From assembly GCA_049972095.1 (NCBI GenBank), contig JBMFKQ010000023.1:1-27494 (forward strand): 27,494 nucleotides of DNA, written 5' to 3'. Both the position numbers and the translations under genes were made by a program. The notes under the pieces are model-generated. The model worked only from the letters and a program-made list of their open reading frames with translations. It made no database searches and had not been told where the DNA came from. The DNA comes from Elusimicrobiales bacterium (lineage in GTDB: Bacteria; Elusimicrobiota; Elusimicrobia; Elusimicrobiales; UBA9959). Below, one piece after another: positions 27,224 to 27,494 of this stretch (positions within the stretch are counted from its first letter, which is position 1; each line of letters starts with the position of its first letter).

Positions 27224-27493
27224 TTATATCTGATAACAAAGCATAAGCTTTTTTTCTGTTATATCATATCTTGAAAATCCATATCCATTGTAGATGTTAT
27301 TTATAACTTCAATATACTCATTAGAATCACCAAACCATATTGAACCACTTAACGAGTAGAGATATACTCTTATAAAAATGCTTACAACAATCATCAAAAT
27401 AATGTGTTTATGTATGTTTTTTTTATGGCAGTATTTATTATATAACTCTAAAATAGCATATGATATAAAAAAGTTCAGGATTATTTCGCATGG
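27224..27493 (-). other. Edge-truncated ORF or fragment resembling the N-terminal part of a GT-C (ArnT/PMT-like) membrane glycosyltransferase
   Basis: Frame open from the edge: ...HIILMIVVSIFIRVYLYSLSGSIWFGDSNEYIEVINNIYNGYGFSRYD...* (TM, then R, then D..Y pattern). Confidence 0.3.
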
Positions 27494-27494
27494 C

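Noticed and set aside
1..27494. CRISPR array, tRNA/rRNA, IS elements
   Set aside because: No regularly spaced repeats, no cloverleaf or GC-rich structural RNA segments, no transposase motifs; intergenic gaps are short

Overview
AT-rich bacterial genomic DNA, densely coding, with no rRNA, tRNA, CRISPR array or mobile element recognisable by eye. The gene repertoire (PorV/PorQ-like barrel, FlgD/T9SS-type C-terminal domain protein, GDNLGNH and GNVGIG fibre proteins) suggests a diderm such as Elusimicrobiota; this is inference only. Left part (1-8 kb): putative outer-membrane barrel, secreted hypotheticals (one with a nonsense codon in its signal peptide), CstA, and a secreted GDPD plus tandem-HKD PLD pair. 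Three of these promoters carry a recurring GGTCC/GGACC palindromic motif resembling NarL-family (DosR-type) boxes. Next come DUF4912 and a GH57 branching enzyme, then two response regulators on the minus strand. The highlight is a co-directional cluster at 11.8-21.9 kb: CTD-bearing secreted protein, two tail-fibre-like proteins, PorV-like barrel with TPR, sensor-less histidine kinase, flagellar-type MotA, a natural FliF(RBM3)-TM-FliG(M+C) fusion, a coiled-coil protein and MotB. No other flagellar or export genes are present in the window. This looks like a minimal stator-rotor motor linked to T9SS-like surface/secretion genes. Right part: DUF3536/GH57, MFS transporter, SAM methyltransferase, beta-hydroxyacid dehydrogenase and an edge ORF fragment. 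All family calls come from manual motif recognition; no database search was run.
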